Assembly: GCA_010909165.1 (NCBI GenBank) | Contig: MU008166.1 | Coordinates: 310,001-374,000 of the forward strand | Direction of reading: 5' to 3' | Source of the DNA: Anthoceros angustus | Lineage: Eukaryota; Plantae; Anthocerotophyta | Length of the DNA stretch: 64,000 nt | Shown: positions 24,132 to 37,300 of the stretch, piece by piece | Position numbering within the stretch: position 1 is the first letter of the stretch | Layout of the letters: each line of letters starts with the position of its first letter | Notes under the pieces: generated by a model | The model's input: only the letters and a program-made list of their open reading frames with translations | The model's database searches: none | Told to the model about the DNA's origin: nothing | Made by a program: the position numbers and the translations under genes

Positions 24132-24684
24132 TAGCTGAGCATGCATGCAGAGAGGGGCCCGACACGTCCGCTTTCTTCACGCTTGAAAACTGAAACGTCC
24201 ATTTCAACCGAAACCAAAATGTGATAGGTCGACACACTCTAGACCATGGTTTGGGTTAAAATGGATGCATCTAGAAACACGGGAAGCTTCTTTACATTTT
24301 GGAATCATTCTGCAGTTCTGCGGTAATTAAATAGATGAGAATATCCCTTTTTTTGCTTGGTATAAAGTTATCTTATCAATTTGTATCTTAGTATAGTCTT
24401 AAGCTTAAGGTAGACAAGTCTAGATATATATATATATATATTTCATAGTGAACTTGTCATTGATTTAATTCGGAGAACCCCTGTAGATTTCTTTCATAGT
24501 GAACTTGATCATGGATTCTAATTCAAAGAAGCCCGTGCACCTTTCACAACAGGCGGCTCCGTACATAGGGTTTTTATTACAGGCAGCTCCATATACGGGG
24601 CTTTTAATGTGTGCGAGGCTTTTATTACAAAGGTTGTGTACACAGGCTTTTACCACATATGTACAGCTCCATATGCTCCAATTA

Positions 24685-24811
24685 CCTTTTGACAGGAGAA
24701 ACCCCTTTCTATACAGACGCTATTTAAAATGGTTCGCATTAGGGTCCCATTTGAGAGTGCGAACCATTTTAAATAGCGTCTGTATAGAAAGGGGTTTCTC
24801 CTGTCAAAAGG
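24685..24811. repeat. Perfect 54-bp inverted repeat with a 19-nt loop
   Basis: 24685-24738 is the exact reverse complement of 24758-24811. Confidence 0.97.
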
Positions 24812-26305
24812 GGTTTTGGAAAAAATCCCAACCCTATTTCGCCGAAAACTGAAGTTGGTTTGGTTTTTGTTGGGTTTTGTAGGTGTTCATCCATCGGTTT
24901 CGGGCATTCTCGGCTCCGGCACCACTTCCTGTCGAGTCATTTACACCGGCACCTTGTACTCGAGTTCATGGTGATTTAGTCGGTGTGATGAAGGGCTGAC
25001 CTCATTGTTCCATAATTTCGTCATGTCCGTAGTTTCGCATTTGTGTGGTTTTGTATGTTTTGTATACCGGGGCCTAGGCGCGCATAAGTGCGCGCAACAA
25101 CGCTATATGCAAACTTGTGCACATGCAAAAAGAACGAAAATGATCTTCTAATGGGAAACATGTCCTTTGAGGTATGAGGATGTCGGAACTCCGACAAAAT
25201 AACAAGTAGCACATGCGGAGGTTCACCTAGACCGCCTCATATATCTATCCTATGCCCTAATGTGACGAAGAACACCCTATCCCCTTTTTATCCTTAACGG
25301 TGTTTCCGTCTCTTTCAGCGGTGACCTAGTACCGAGTTATCATCAAACATGCTGGGGCCCACAGGTGAACAAGTGCACCAGGGGGCAGAGCCTGGCGCAC
25401 ACACAAGTGCGCGCACCCAAGGTCAAGAAGGGCCTAGGAGCATGAACCTATATGATTCATGCCTCCTAGTGCATTCCTAGACGGTTCATCCAAAGAAAAA
25501 AAGAGCAAAAAGTCAAAAAAATACCAAAAATCTCAAAAAGTCCAATTTTTGAGGCGCGCGCGACTTGCCCTAAAATTTTTGATATTTTTGTGAAGTTTTT
25601 GGTATTTTTTTATATTTTTGTTGTTTTAAAGGGTTCCTTTCGACGTTTTCAACTTTTCTTGTGCACCTCCCTAATGTGGATATGTTCTTGTCTTTACTTA
25701 GCCCTCATTTTTTTTCTAGTAGTTAAAACTTTGAACTAGTAGTGAGAACCTTTTGCATCTTTTGAATCTTGAGACGTTTGGCGTGGGCCCAAATCCAAGT
25801 GCAGACCATGCTACTCTCATTCTCACACTACACGCGGATCAAGAGCATCAGGTCAACGAAGATATCATTGTCCCAATATCTAAGAAACAAAGTCCTGTGA
25901 AATTCCTAGAGCGAGAGTATAGTCTTAGGATTGACTGGTATGAATGAAAGGTTGGTGCACAAAACAGCAAGCCCTAAAACTCTAAACGCTTAGATACGTC
26001 AACACCGCAATGATTGCGGTGTTGAGACTTAGATGAAAGTGCGCGCATAAGTTTGCGCAATTCGTGTCCAGTTTGAAAGAAAAAGCCGAATGAGAATGGG
26101 ACTTTACGTTTTTGCCACGTACTTGCAATCTACAATCTCAAATAACGTGTATCAAAACAATTATTCAAAAGGTTGCGGGTGATATGTCTGCAGAGAAATA
26201 CCAAAAAGGCTGATTATAGTGCAGATTTTTTCAAGTGCAGAAAGGGGTACGGCCACGTCCGTATGCAAAAAGGGGTTTCAGGAGAAACCGCTTTCTACAC
26301 AGACG
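24777..26305. mobile_element. Non-autonomous TIR element, ~1.5 kb, 27-bp TIRs, TAG direct repeat at both flanks
   Basis: Left TIR CGTCTGTATAGAAAGGGGTTTCTCCTG (24777-24803); right TIR CAGGAGAAACCGCTTTCTACACAGACG (26279-26305); 25/27 complementary. TAG at 24774-24776 and 26306-26308. No transposase inside. Confidence 0.65.
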
Positions 26306-26720
26306 TAGTAAATTACTAATCATTACACCGATGGTAGAAAATTTCATTAAAACAACAAGACGCCGAGCGCGCAGAAGTATGGTAGACAGGAGACTCCTGC
26401 GGGCATTGGCAGACAAGGAATTGCTACTGGCTGGCGTCTTATAGGTGAATCAGTTGCAAACCAGGCCACTTTATCTTTGCAAAAGAAGAATGTTTGGAAT
26501 CATAGAAAACAGGGAGCATGTGGACAGCAAAATATCTAAGTATATAAATCCAGCTACCCTTTGTGGGCAGATCTCAAAACACTTCTAATTACTAGATATT
26601 TAAATCATATTTTTATAATTTAATTTATCAGCATCAGTTTCTTAATAAAGTGAAATTTAAAGTACTCAAATTTATAAAAATAAAAAAATAAAAAATAAAT
26701 AAATAAAAAATATTTAAAGA

Positions 26721-27116
26721 TTAACTCAAAAATTGAAACTTTTCATAATGGATAGAACACTTTTCATTGTCTATATAAACACCGGTTCTCAATGCACACT
26801 CTTCATTGATAATCGATCTCATATTATTGATGCATCTTTGACACTCAATTTTATTTTGCACGATGCATAATGCTTGAAAATAGACTTTAGGATAAGTAGT
26901 ATCTTCTGCCATGGTTACACCAGTGTAACCTACACCTACATACATGACAGAAAATTGAGTATAAAAATCTATCTTTGACAATGCTGAAGCAACCGCCTTT
27001 TGATAGTTTGAATTTTGTGCAAAAGTTTCCGCACTACATCTGTGCACAATTTCCCCACGTCCACATCTTAGAATGCACATTATATATGTGAATACAATAA
27101 TATTGATTGACTTCAT
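26721..27116 (-). CDS. Secreted single-domain DUF26/Gnk2 (ginkbilobin-2-like) cysteine-rich protein, 131 aa
   Basis: Signal-like MKSINIIVFTYIMCILRCGRG, then HRCSAETFAQNSNYQKAVASALSKI..KVYFQALCIVQNKIECQRCINN..EECALRTGVYIDNEKCSIHYEKFQF. Six Cys in the DUF26 pattern; intronless and AT-rich. Confidence 0.82.
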   Translation of the reverse strand: MKSINIIVFTYIMCILRCGRGEIVHRCSAETFAQNSNYQKAVASALSKIDFYTQFSVMYVGVGYTGVTMAEDTTYPKVYFQALCIVQNKIECQRCINNMRSIINEECALRTGVYIDNEKCSIHYEKFQFLS

Positions 27117-27727
27117 CTTTAATAGTCTTGAAAAATGTAAGTTGTATGAAAGAAGATGAATACTAATGTTGTAGTATAAATAAAAATGAAACAACACGCC
27201 TTATGAGGATTCATTGCAATTAATATATCCCTTCACTATTGTAGTCACTTGAAGATTCGCAAATTTATCATAGGTACACACATTTCAAAAACAGTTCAAT
27301 AACATGAAGTGTTATGGTTTTAAGATGTATAAAATACTTTCTTATTTATATTGTTTAATAAAAATATGATATTGGTAATATTTTAAAAATACTCCATCTT
27401 TGAAGACCTTATTGTATCACTCCTTACTGGAAGGACCTTAGAATCTTGTTTTATATATCTAGGTATGCATTCACTCATGCAGCAAGATAAGGGATAACTT
27501 GGGCTTAAACACATATCGAGAGATGAGAGTTGAGAGGAGAGGCAATAGAGATGGCTAAGGATGACTAAAGTAAAGTTTTTTTGATGCCGCCCTAAAGGTG
27601 GACATGTCACTAGAATTCCTCCAGCAAGTTGAGAGGGGAGGCAATAGAGATAGATGGCTATGGATGACTCAAATTAGATTTTTTTTATGTCACCCTAGAG
27701 CTGGACATGTCACTAAAATCCGAGGAG

Positions 27728-29127
27728 ATGGCCCCAAAGAAATCTGTGGCAGAGGCGTTTGGGCCTTGGACCTTGGTGGAGTTCAACATCACCACCAAGC
27801 GCTACCCGAACTTTGGTCCATGGCTCTAGGAGGTGGGGGAGTTGGAGCTGCACCGAGAGGTATTCCAAGCAGTATGGACCTTTGACAACGTCACCTTGGT
27901 CTAGGAGTCCGCCCAAAAGCTGTTAGCGGTGGCGAGGAAGGAGGTCCGGTCCAAGAGCATGAGGGAGAACTTGGGACGCTGGATGGTGGAGATGTTCCGG
28001 GAAGTGCACTACCGACCCTTGGAGGAATTGGAGGTCCCATTCCGGAATTCCTCCACTCGAAGGAGAGGTTGGAGCAGGCGAAGGCTCTGCTCCTCAAGCC
28101 GGACACACAGAAGGCGTCCAATGGGTGGTTAATGTCGGACCTGAAGGACTGACAGATTCGAGCAGTGGCGAAGATGTTCGTCCACTGGAACATGCTTACC
28201 AAGGTGGACCACCTTGAGGACAATTTGTTGGTGTTTGTACATGCCATCCTGAAAGGGAAACACGCAGATTGGGGCCGCATAATTTTCATTAGGGTCCAGC
28301 AGGAGGCGAAGAAGCTACGTCAGGAAAGCCTGCCTCCATCGGAATTGTCCCCCTTCATTTTGCATGTGTGAGGACATTTCAACCTCCTGAAGGATGGAGA
28401 GGAGGAGCGTGCACTCCGCCGAGGCTTGACCCTCCTGCCCACGGTGGGAGGAGAGGAGAGTGAGGAGGAAGCGAGTGGAGAAGAGGCGGAGGAGGGCAGC
28501 GGCAGGCGGGAGCTAGGAGAGGACGACTAGGAGGGCGTTCTTGAAGCAATACGCCTGGAGCGCACTCCCTCTCCACCGAGGGAACGCTGGGAAGAGATCC
28601 CTGCCTCCCTACTGCTAACAGCGGAGCCCCACGGGCTCACCACTTTGGCGTCGGCAAAAGAGGTGGCACTGATGGAAGCCAGAGCACCGACTGGGAAGCG
28701 GCGGATGCATTCCATGATGGCCGCCAAGGGGCAGAAGGTGGTGATGGGAATGCCGGGTGGAGTGCCGGAGCCTCTGCCAGTGGACCCCGAGTGGGTAGAG
28801 TCGGAGAGAGTGGTCCGCCAAGCAGAGCGGGATGCGGCCCAAGGTGCCAGAGGTCACTAGCAGCAGCCGCACCCCGAGCCCATCCCCATCGCCCACAGGG
28901 AGGGGAAAGCGCCCGGCCGAGCTCCACGACCCCCTCACTGCCGCTGCATCATAAGAGGAGGTAGGCGGAGAAGGAGGAGGACGCCCGCCAGATTGTCCAG
29001 AAAAGGAGGTTGGAGGTTGGAGAACCAGGTCCGCCTCCTGATGGCGGAGTTGGAGGCTCTTAGGTCGAAGCAGGAAGCGGAGAGAGCAAATGAGTGGTAG
29101 AAGCTCAGGGCGCGGAGGTCTCCCTAA
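27728..29127 (+). pseudogene. Degenerate transposon-associated-like ORF (globular N-part, acidic/low-complexity middle, coiled-coil end)
   Basis: MAPKKSVAEAFGPWTLVEFNITTKRYPNFGPWL*..GWLMSDLKD*..HWNMLTKVDHLEDNLLVFVHAILKGKHADWGRIIF..ELSPFILHV*..ENQVRLLMAELEALRSKQEAERANEW. Multiple in-frame stops; family not recognised. Preceded by a ~100-bp tandem duplication (27525-27720). Confidence 0.45.
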
Positions 29128-29869
29128 GCGCCTCCGAGGACACCACCCATTCGGTGCCGTGAGGCGAGGAGGACGGAAACCATCTTTGTTCGGAGCGGAG
29201 GATGTAGAACCGAGCAGTGCAATGTCGTGGGTTTTCCTTATAGTTTTAGATTCCTGCGGTTTAAGATTCACTGAGTGCTACCCTTAGGTCATGTGCTTTG
29301 CTTAGGACCTGCAGGACCTGCCTTGAGCCCAACTGCTCATTTGGAAGGGTTTGTTCCCTGGTTTTCGCATCCATCAACAGTGTCTGCGCAATATCGGCGG
29401 ATTCCGTTGAAATGGGCTGCTGGGCAAAAGGCAGTAAACTTTCCCATCATCATATTCAAAAAAAAGCATGTCCCAGAAAACCATGTACGTTATTGCGGGT
29501 TTTGAAGAAATTTGGCATCCACTTTTCGACAGGACCGGAAAAGAACGTGGCCAAAAAAATTATTGTCTTTGAATTCATTCCTCCAAAACTTCAGAAAAAG
29601 TGTGGGGACCGGAACTGGTGGATGCGTTTGAACATTTGTCGTACAGGCCGGTCTTATCATGTGTTGTCCTAAAAAAATAAGGTCCATCAGAATAGAGACA
29701 CGGTTTTGGCGATTTGGAACATAATCGCAAATTACATGTTGTACCGTCATTTTGTGTGCCCATACTGCACTTGGTTAAGCCGTTTATGTCCATGGGGAAC
29801 ACACAACCTATCCACTCCTGAGAAGTCGCGGTCAGTGCATACCTTGATCCAGCACTAGTAGGAGTCCAT

Positions 29870-32800
29870 GGTCAATCGAAAACTAACTAATCAACTCCAT
29901 GAACCATGTTCATCAAGTGTTTCAATGTCCTCGCCGGATGCAACATCTTACGCGCCATTATCCATGACGTCCCTTCCTTCCATATGTTCCGAGCTTCCTC
30001 CGCAGGCCAAAAGCGTACATGTTTTTCCGTATTATGGTTCGGTCCTTGCATTTAGTTGCTTCGCTTTTGTTAGAAAACCCGTATGCCAAGATGAATGTGT
30101 GCAGAAGCAATTTGTCGACGTGTTTCCGCAACCTCATGCTCCGTCGTTGAGCGACCCCCACGATCGCCGCGCGTTGGTGGTGATCGTAAAATCATCTCCT
30201 CTAGGTACCTTCAAATGCGTCGGTGCATTTAGTCACCCACCAATGGACTTTAATGAATGGGCGTCACATTGGAAGTCCACAGGAACTTTTGCGAGCCGAA
30301 TGGTCGATTGTCGACATCTGTCTCACAAGGCACCGCAATCATGTGACTGTTTGTATCTCCAACACATCGCCGTTCAAGCTTTCTTGTTCCGCCTTGCGCA
30401 TCATCCGATGCGCTCCAACATACATGTCCGCGGGGCACTTGCGACGATTGGATCTGTAAAATCTCACCTCGGTACAACCAGGCGATGCAACTCTTCATTA
30501 TGTGTTCTATCGTACCATTGCCAAGGGGTCTTCAATTCCTCGGCATGCTCACATGCTATCTTGTCCACGATGGTGATTGCTCACCAATTCCTCCCACCAA
30601 ATATCCTCACTGCGCCCAAATGGGGTCACAGTTTTCCTCTAGTTTCCCACGCATTCTTTGCAAGACTTCTTCGGGATCTCTCCTCTGCAACCGCTTTTTA
30701 CTTGGACCTCCAAATGAACCAAAGCGAGCGGCTTGAATAGGAGTAGATGGGACATTATTCAAAACTCCAAACCCTCGTCCGGTGACCAGTGTTCATCTGG
30801 AATATTGTTTGCCCCTCATCACGATAACAAGTCCGCTCACCTCGCGTTTCTCGGGTTATTTTGAACGATCTTTGAAAAGATATATTGTGCAACTGTTTTC
30901 ACAAACCTGTTTATAGCCAGCCTTCCCATAAGGTATTGGCCACACAAACTTTGAAGTCCGGAACTTCTTTCACCTCCATAATTTTTGGTTTGGGCGTATA
31001 TGCATTCTCCAAAATACCGGTCGGTTTGGGCAACGTAAAGCTTCCTTCGTGCAAGCACTTGAAAACCTCGAAAACATCCGTCAACTGGTCATGAGTGTGC
31101 CCAACCGGAGGAATCCTACTTTTACCTTCTCAAAACCTTAAGCTCTACCAACATATTCGTGTAAGCGAATAGCGTGCATTCTTATTCTCCCGTGCGGTAT
31201 TGTCGAGTTGAAGATAAAGAACCTTTGGTAGTAGTCCTCGTAATTTGAAATGACATCTTTGGATATTGGCTATAGTCGAGTTTGCATCGTTCGGATGTTC
31301 CGTATGCCATGAAGAGTTCCGACACATGGTGTAGTTATAAATCATGCACCCCACAACATGGACGTCGATCAAACCTACATCTGACAGGTCCTTGGGTAAA
31401 CGCGTGAAATGTGGAAGCTGTGTCTTCTGTTGGTCCATCCCGTCGATGGATATCCCGATATACTTTGCCGGATCTCCATAACATTTCACGCGGTGCTTGA
31501 TGCATTTTTCTCTCTCAGACTTCAGTAGCTGCCTGTGCCGCCTCAGATCAGCTTCAAATGCTTCTGCAAAATAATCACCCAAACAACGTTGAGGAATAAA
31601 GCCGCCTGGAAGGAACATAGCAAAATCGAGTCGCGGTGGCCGTGCACTGCAGACGAATAACACACATCCGGAATCATGTTCAAGAGCCTTTGGAGGTGGA
31701 TGCATCGAATTTGTGATGGGCCTATTTTAGGCATTTGAGGTTAAATGAATGATGACCGTGTTCGGTGACCGGCCATCCCCACATTGCCAAAACACAATTT
31801 CACATCAAGCCTCACCTTGTTTTTCTCTGTTTTCTCGCTCTTTATATTTCGTTTGAGGTAATCGCAGTTGTGCACAAGGCAAACCGATTGCTCTTGAATT
31901 TTCACCTTGTGGAAGTCGTAGCCCAAAGTGACAAAAGTAGGAATGAGAAACATCAGATCTTCGGATGCATATGTTGCTTGTATTCTTGAAACACCTCGCC
32001 TTTTGAGTAAGAGTCGGAAGGTGATACACTTCAATGTTTGGCATTCTCTCGGCAATAAGCATAAGCAGTTGGTTCATCCACGCCCAGCTGCGGCATCTTG
32101 ATTCGATCGCCTTCGTACCGCGGAAGGCGGACCACGCAATGTTTCCGATCTCGCTTCTTCACGCTAGACCCGATACAATAACGCGTCAAGGCCTCTCTAC
32201 AACAATACACTTTTCCTCGTCCGACAAGAAAGCAGTCTACCTAACCCTTCCATCGCTCTCATAATCGACATCAAAAGGGATTGTAGGTGCATCTCCGCCT
32301 CGCCGCACATTCTAAGGAACCGATACCTCAAATCTCGAAAGGTTGCCTTCCCTATTGTCCTCAAGCATTGTCTACCACAACAGGTTTTGCGAAAATCACG
32401 GGTAATACGAACCTCTTCACATTTCATCTCAGGCACTTTAGATTGCCGTCTACTTGGGCGTCTACGTGGTGGTCTGCCATGCTCGATAAATGATTCGGAC
32501 CCGGGCTTCAAATTGTATGTACGCCTTTCTGGAGGTGCATGTTCAAATGCACTGTCATCTGAGTCCTCTTCCTCCACATCAGTTCCACCGACGTCTTTGG
32601 GGCCGGCGGTGGAAGCAGTATCTTCTAGATACAACCGCAAACCGAGTTGGCATTCACCCCAGCAGGCGGCCATATCCGAATTAGTGTCGTCCGTGGAGCA
32701 CTTCCGGAGGAGTAGTCTTGCGGATGGCGGGATGTACGGCGAGGCTCTGGCGGAGAAGGACTTCCGTGAATGGAATCCAACATCTTGAAACACCTCGCCT

Positions 32801-33950
32801 TTTGAGTAAGAGTCGGAAGGTGATACACTTCAATGTTTGGCATTCTCTCGGCAATAAGCATAAGCAGTTGGTTCATCAGGCTTTTGACATCTTGATTGAT
32901 CGCCTTCGTACGCGAGACCACGCAATGTTTCCAGCGCTCGCTTCTTCGTGCTAGACCCGATACAATAACGCGTCAAGGCCTCTCTACAACAATACACTTT
33001 TCCTCGTCCAGGCAAAGCGAGTCTACCTAACCCTTCCATCGCTCTCATAATCGACATCAAAAGGGATTGTAGGTGCATCTCCGCTCCTGCACATTCTAAG
33101 GAACCGATACCTCAAATCTCGAAGGTTGCCTTCCCTATTGTCCTCAAGCATTGTCTACCACAAGTTTTGCGAAAATCACGGTGTCTGAACCTCTTCACAT
33201 TTCATCTCGGGCACTTTAGATTGCCGTCTACTTGGGCGTCTACGTGGTGATGCCATGCTCGATAAATGATTCGGACCGGGCTTCAAATTGTATGTACGCC
33301 TTTGGAGGTGGATGTTCAAATGCATCATCGAGTCCTCTTCCTCCACATCAGTTCCACCAGCGTCTTTGAGCCACGGCAGTGGAAGCAGTATCTTCTAGAT
33401 ACCGGCGTGCAAACCGAGTTGGCATTCACCCCAGCAGGCGGCCATATCCGAATTGCGTGTCGTCCGGCGTGGAGCACTTCCGGAGGAGTAGTCTTGCGGA
33501 TGGCGGGATGTACGGCGAGGCTGTCTGGCGGAGAAGGACTTCCGTGAATGGAATCCAACATCTTGAAAGCAGGCGGTGTCTTGGAATGGATGCGGTTATC
33601 GCGTGCGGAAGTGGTGGAGGCCGTGCACCTGCAGTACGAATAACACACATCTGGAATCATGTTCAAGAGCCTTTGGAATGCAATCGATTTCCGGCACGAG
33701 TTTGCACGACGTACCTTCATCTACTTCTCCCTCTTCAACTTGAATACCTTGACTGCCGATAGGCATTTCAAGCTGGGAACCGCGCCGTTGATGCCTCTGA
33801 CCGGAGTGTTGCATATCGGGAGGAATCTCGCGTTACCGATAGCATCCAAGTCCTTTGACTTCAAGAACTCCTTCCTTTGCTTCAACATCGGCAAATTTTC
33901 AAGAGCTACTGTGCATGCGAGGAAGAACGCACTTTGAATCAAGATCAAAG
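29870..33950 (-). mobile_element. Sola-like (DUF7869-type) DDD transposase gene, spliced, partly duplicated and frameshifted (TnpA1)
   Basis: N-terminal CCGRQCL..FRDLRYRF and KVYCCREAL; ERMPNIEVYHLP..FHKVKI..NRFALC. Catalytic core YIGISIDGMDQQKTQLPHF (D ~31444), HPNDANSTI, LPKVLYLQLDNTARENKN (D ~31204), PVGHTHDQ (31102-31091). C-terminal VAVPCETDVDNRPFW.AKV. An ~800-bp segment is duplicated (31986-32790 / 32786-33575). Confidence 0.75.
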
Positions 33951-34329
33951 TCACACCCACAATTATAGACATGTGACATAAGGTGGTACCGGTGGTGTTG
34001 GATGATTTATAATTGCGGTTGCGGTGATGGTGATTCGTGATTCGGTGATGGACCTTGAATGAGAGTGCACCGTCCTTAGAAAATGATGGCATAAGATGAG
34101 GTGGATGCATCGAATTTGTAATGGGCCTATTTTAGGCATTTGAGGTTAAATGAATGATGACCGTGTTCGGTGAACCGTTGCTACTACTTGAGCCGTTTAG
34201 CGTAACTAGCGGTGTTAAGGCTTTATCGTAATCCGTTGATGCGCTTCAAACATCCATATTTCATTTCCACGTAAGCTCGAGCCTCTCCTTTTCATCAAGA
34301 GTTCGAGAGTCCGGATCAATTCTCTTACT

Positions 34330-37300
34330 TCCTCCCGCCAACTTCCCGCATGAGGTTTTGAAGATTGCGGATGGTGATCGCGAGGACGCCACGGAGCAAT
34401 AAGCATGCAGAGATCGACCCCCGCTGCGTTGGAGGCGCCACGCATCGAGCGGCGGAAAAATGCGATGGCGGTGCAAGAGCAGCAGGATCGCCGCAAGGGC
34501 GTCGGATGAGGGGATGCAGATCCCGCGAATGTAACAGAACCCCACCGCTATTATGCAATTGAGAGAATCCTCTCATGGTAGTGTCCGGACGTCCACCTCA
34601 AAGGGTACTCAGCGGAGGATATGAAGACATTGATGGCGGTGAGGAGCACCAACCTCGGTGGAAATGCACGATCATTCCTCATGCTTTTAACTTTGTGGAG
34701 CAGCTTTCGGTGAAAAAGCTCCGATTCTCTTCCGCGGTACAACACAGACAAAGAGTGGAGCGTTGTTGCGGAAGAACCCAAGATCCAGTGCCTTGGATTC
34801 CACTCGGCCTTATGGATTAACGTTACAATGGTATTGAGGGGATTCCTGCAAGAGTCGGATGGATTCTATGCAGCGATGGGCGGAATGGCGAAGATATGCA
34901 CATACGCTTTTGGTCACCAAGAAACCTCATTTGCACATAAACGATGACATCAACACACATCTCCTGCGATAATGGATGCTGCCAAGATAATGCCTCGTCG
35001 TTGTGAGCCAGTTGAAATCGGCCTTGCGTGATTCCAAAAGTGTTCAAGATGTAAGTCGTTGTATGTCATGTATCACTTCCCATTTTCGATTAGGGTTTCG
35101 CATCTTTGGTATACTCATTGTTTTCCTCTTTAAAATGAACAGGGGGGAGAACAATTTTGCCGCGTTCTACTCCGCTACGCCGCTGAAGGGGTGCTGAAGA
35201 ACAGAGGTGTAGTGATCAGACGCGCTGGTGATCGGGCAGGCGAGGCGGTGCGAACGCAATTCGCCGCGCTATCAGGCGGGCCGGTGGGTTGTGTGCAGAC
35301 CGAAACGATGCCCCGGATTATGCAACCGGAGATGGAGGAGGACGAGGTTCCCGGTGGCCAGGCCGAGCCGAGCTCTCCGGAAGAGGAGGAGCGCCTCGCC
35401 TCGGTCCGATCGGAGGCGAGCACAGGCGGCCCATGGCTCGCAACATGTCCAGCCTCGGGGTCTTGAATGAGGCTTTTGAGGAGGAGGTGACCCTCCTCGT
35501 CAGAAGAGGAGGAGCGCCTCGCCTCGTGGTCCGGCGCGGAGGCGAGCACACCAATCAAGCGAAAGAGGAAGAAGAAGGGAATCCAGCTGTCGGTCAGTGA
35601 AGATGAGAAGGCGAATGGCTGGTAAGAATGTCCCCCCGCCTCCGCACCAACCCATGTAAGAATTGAAGCATCTTGTTTTGATTTCCATGCGAGAGCACCA
35701 ATCAAGCGAAGAGGAAGGCAAGATCTCGGTGGTGATGGAGAAGTGGGCGGGCGGAAAAATTAAGGAAGTCGAGGAAGCATGCGAAGAGGAAGCCGTTGCG
35801 GACGACCACGGATGCGAGCAGGAGCTCCTTTCGCGAGGACGCCACGGAGCAATAAGCATGCAGATCGACCCCCGCTGCGTTGGAGGCGCCGCCACGCATC
35901 AGGAAGCAGCGGAAAAATGCAGTGGCGGCTGCAAGAGCAGCAGGATCGTTGCAAGGGCGCGTACCGGATGAGGGGATGCAGATCCCCGCGAATGTGGTAA
36001 CAGGAACCCCACCTGCTATTATGCAATTGAGAGAATCCTCTCATGGTAGTGTCCAGACGTCCACCTCAAAGGGTACTCAACGGAGAGGATATGAAGACAT
36101 TGATGGCCAGCGAGGGAGCACCAACCTCAGTGGAAATGCAGTCACTGCGATTCCTCATGCTTTTAACTTTGTGGAGCAGCGGTGAAAAAGCTCCGTGATT
36201 CTCTTCCGCGGTACAACATGCATAAAGAGTGGAGCGTTGTTGCGAAGAAGAACCCAAGATCCAGTGCCTTGGATTCCACTCGGCCTTATGGATTAACGGT
36301 TACAATGGTATTGAGGGGATTCCTGCAAGAGTCGGATGGATTCTATGTAACAAGGACGAATGGGCGAAGATATGCACATACGCTTTTGGTCACCAAGAAA
36401 CCTCATTTGCACATAAACGATGACATCAACACACATCTCCTCGATAATGGATGCTGCCAAGATAATGCCTCGTCGTTGTGAGCCAGTTGAAATCGGCCTT
36501 GCGTGATTCCAAAAGTGTTCAAGATGTAAGTCGGTTGTATGTCACCATGTATCACTTCCCATTTTCGCTTAGGGTTTCGCCGCATCTTTACTCATTGTTT
36601 TCCTCTTTAAATGAATGGGGAGAACAATTTTGCGCGTTCTACTCGCTACGCCTGAAGGTGAAGAATGCAGGTGTAGTGATCGACGCTACCGGTGATCGGG
36701 CGAGGCGGTGCGAACGCACCGCGCTATCAGCGGGCCGTGGGTTGTGTGTGCATCGAAACGATGCCCCGGATTATGCAACCGGAGATGGAGGAGGACGAGG
36801 TTCCGGGCTGCCGAGCCGAGCTCTCCGGAAGAGGAGGAGCGCCTCGCCTCGTGGTCCGGCGCGGAGGCGAGCTCGACGGCCGCCCATGGCTCGCAACATG
36901 TCCAGCCTCGGGGTCTTGAATCGAGGCTTTTGAGGAGGAGGTGACCCTCCTCGTCCGAAGAGGAAGAAGAAGGGAATCCGCACTGTGAAAGAAGAAGAAG
37001 GGAATCACTGCCCAGTCACCGTGAAGATGAGAAGGCGAATGGCTGGTAAGAATGCCCTGCCCGCCTCCGCACCAACCCATGTAAGAATTGAAGCATCTTG
37101 TTTTGATTTCCATGCGAGAGCACCAATCAAGCGAAAGAGGAAGGCAAGATCTCGTGGTGATGGAGAAGAGGTGGGCGAGGGCGGAAAAATTAAGGAAGTC
37201 GAGGAAGCATGCGAAGAGGAAGCCGTTGCGGACGACCACGATGCCGAACGACGGAGCTCCTTCGCAGGAGGATGACTATCGGAGATGGTTCGCACTCGGG

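Noticed and set aside
25330-25375. LTR end plus primer-binding site (..AAACA TGCTGGGGCCCACAGG)
   Set aside because: No second LTR, PPT or gag/pol nearby, and the match to a tRNA 3' end is poor.
29868-30740. 290-aa plus-strand ORF
   Set aside because: It is antisense to the C-terminal part of TnpA1, which carries the recognisable motifs.
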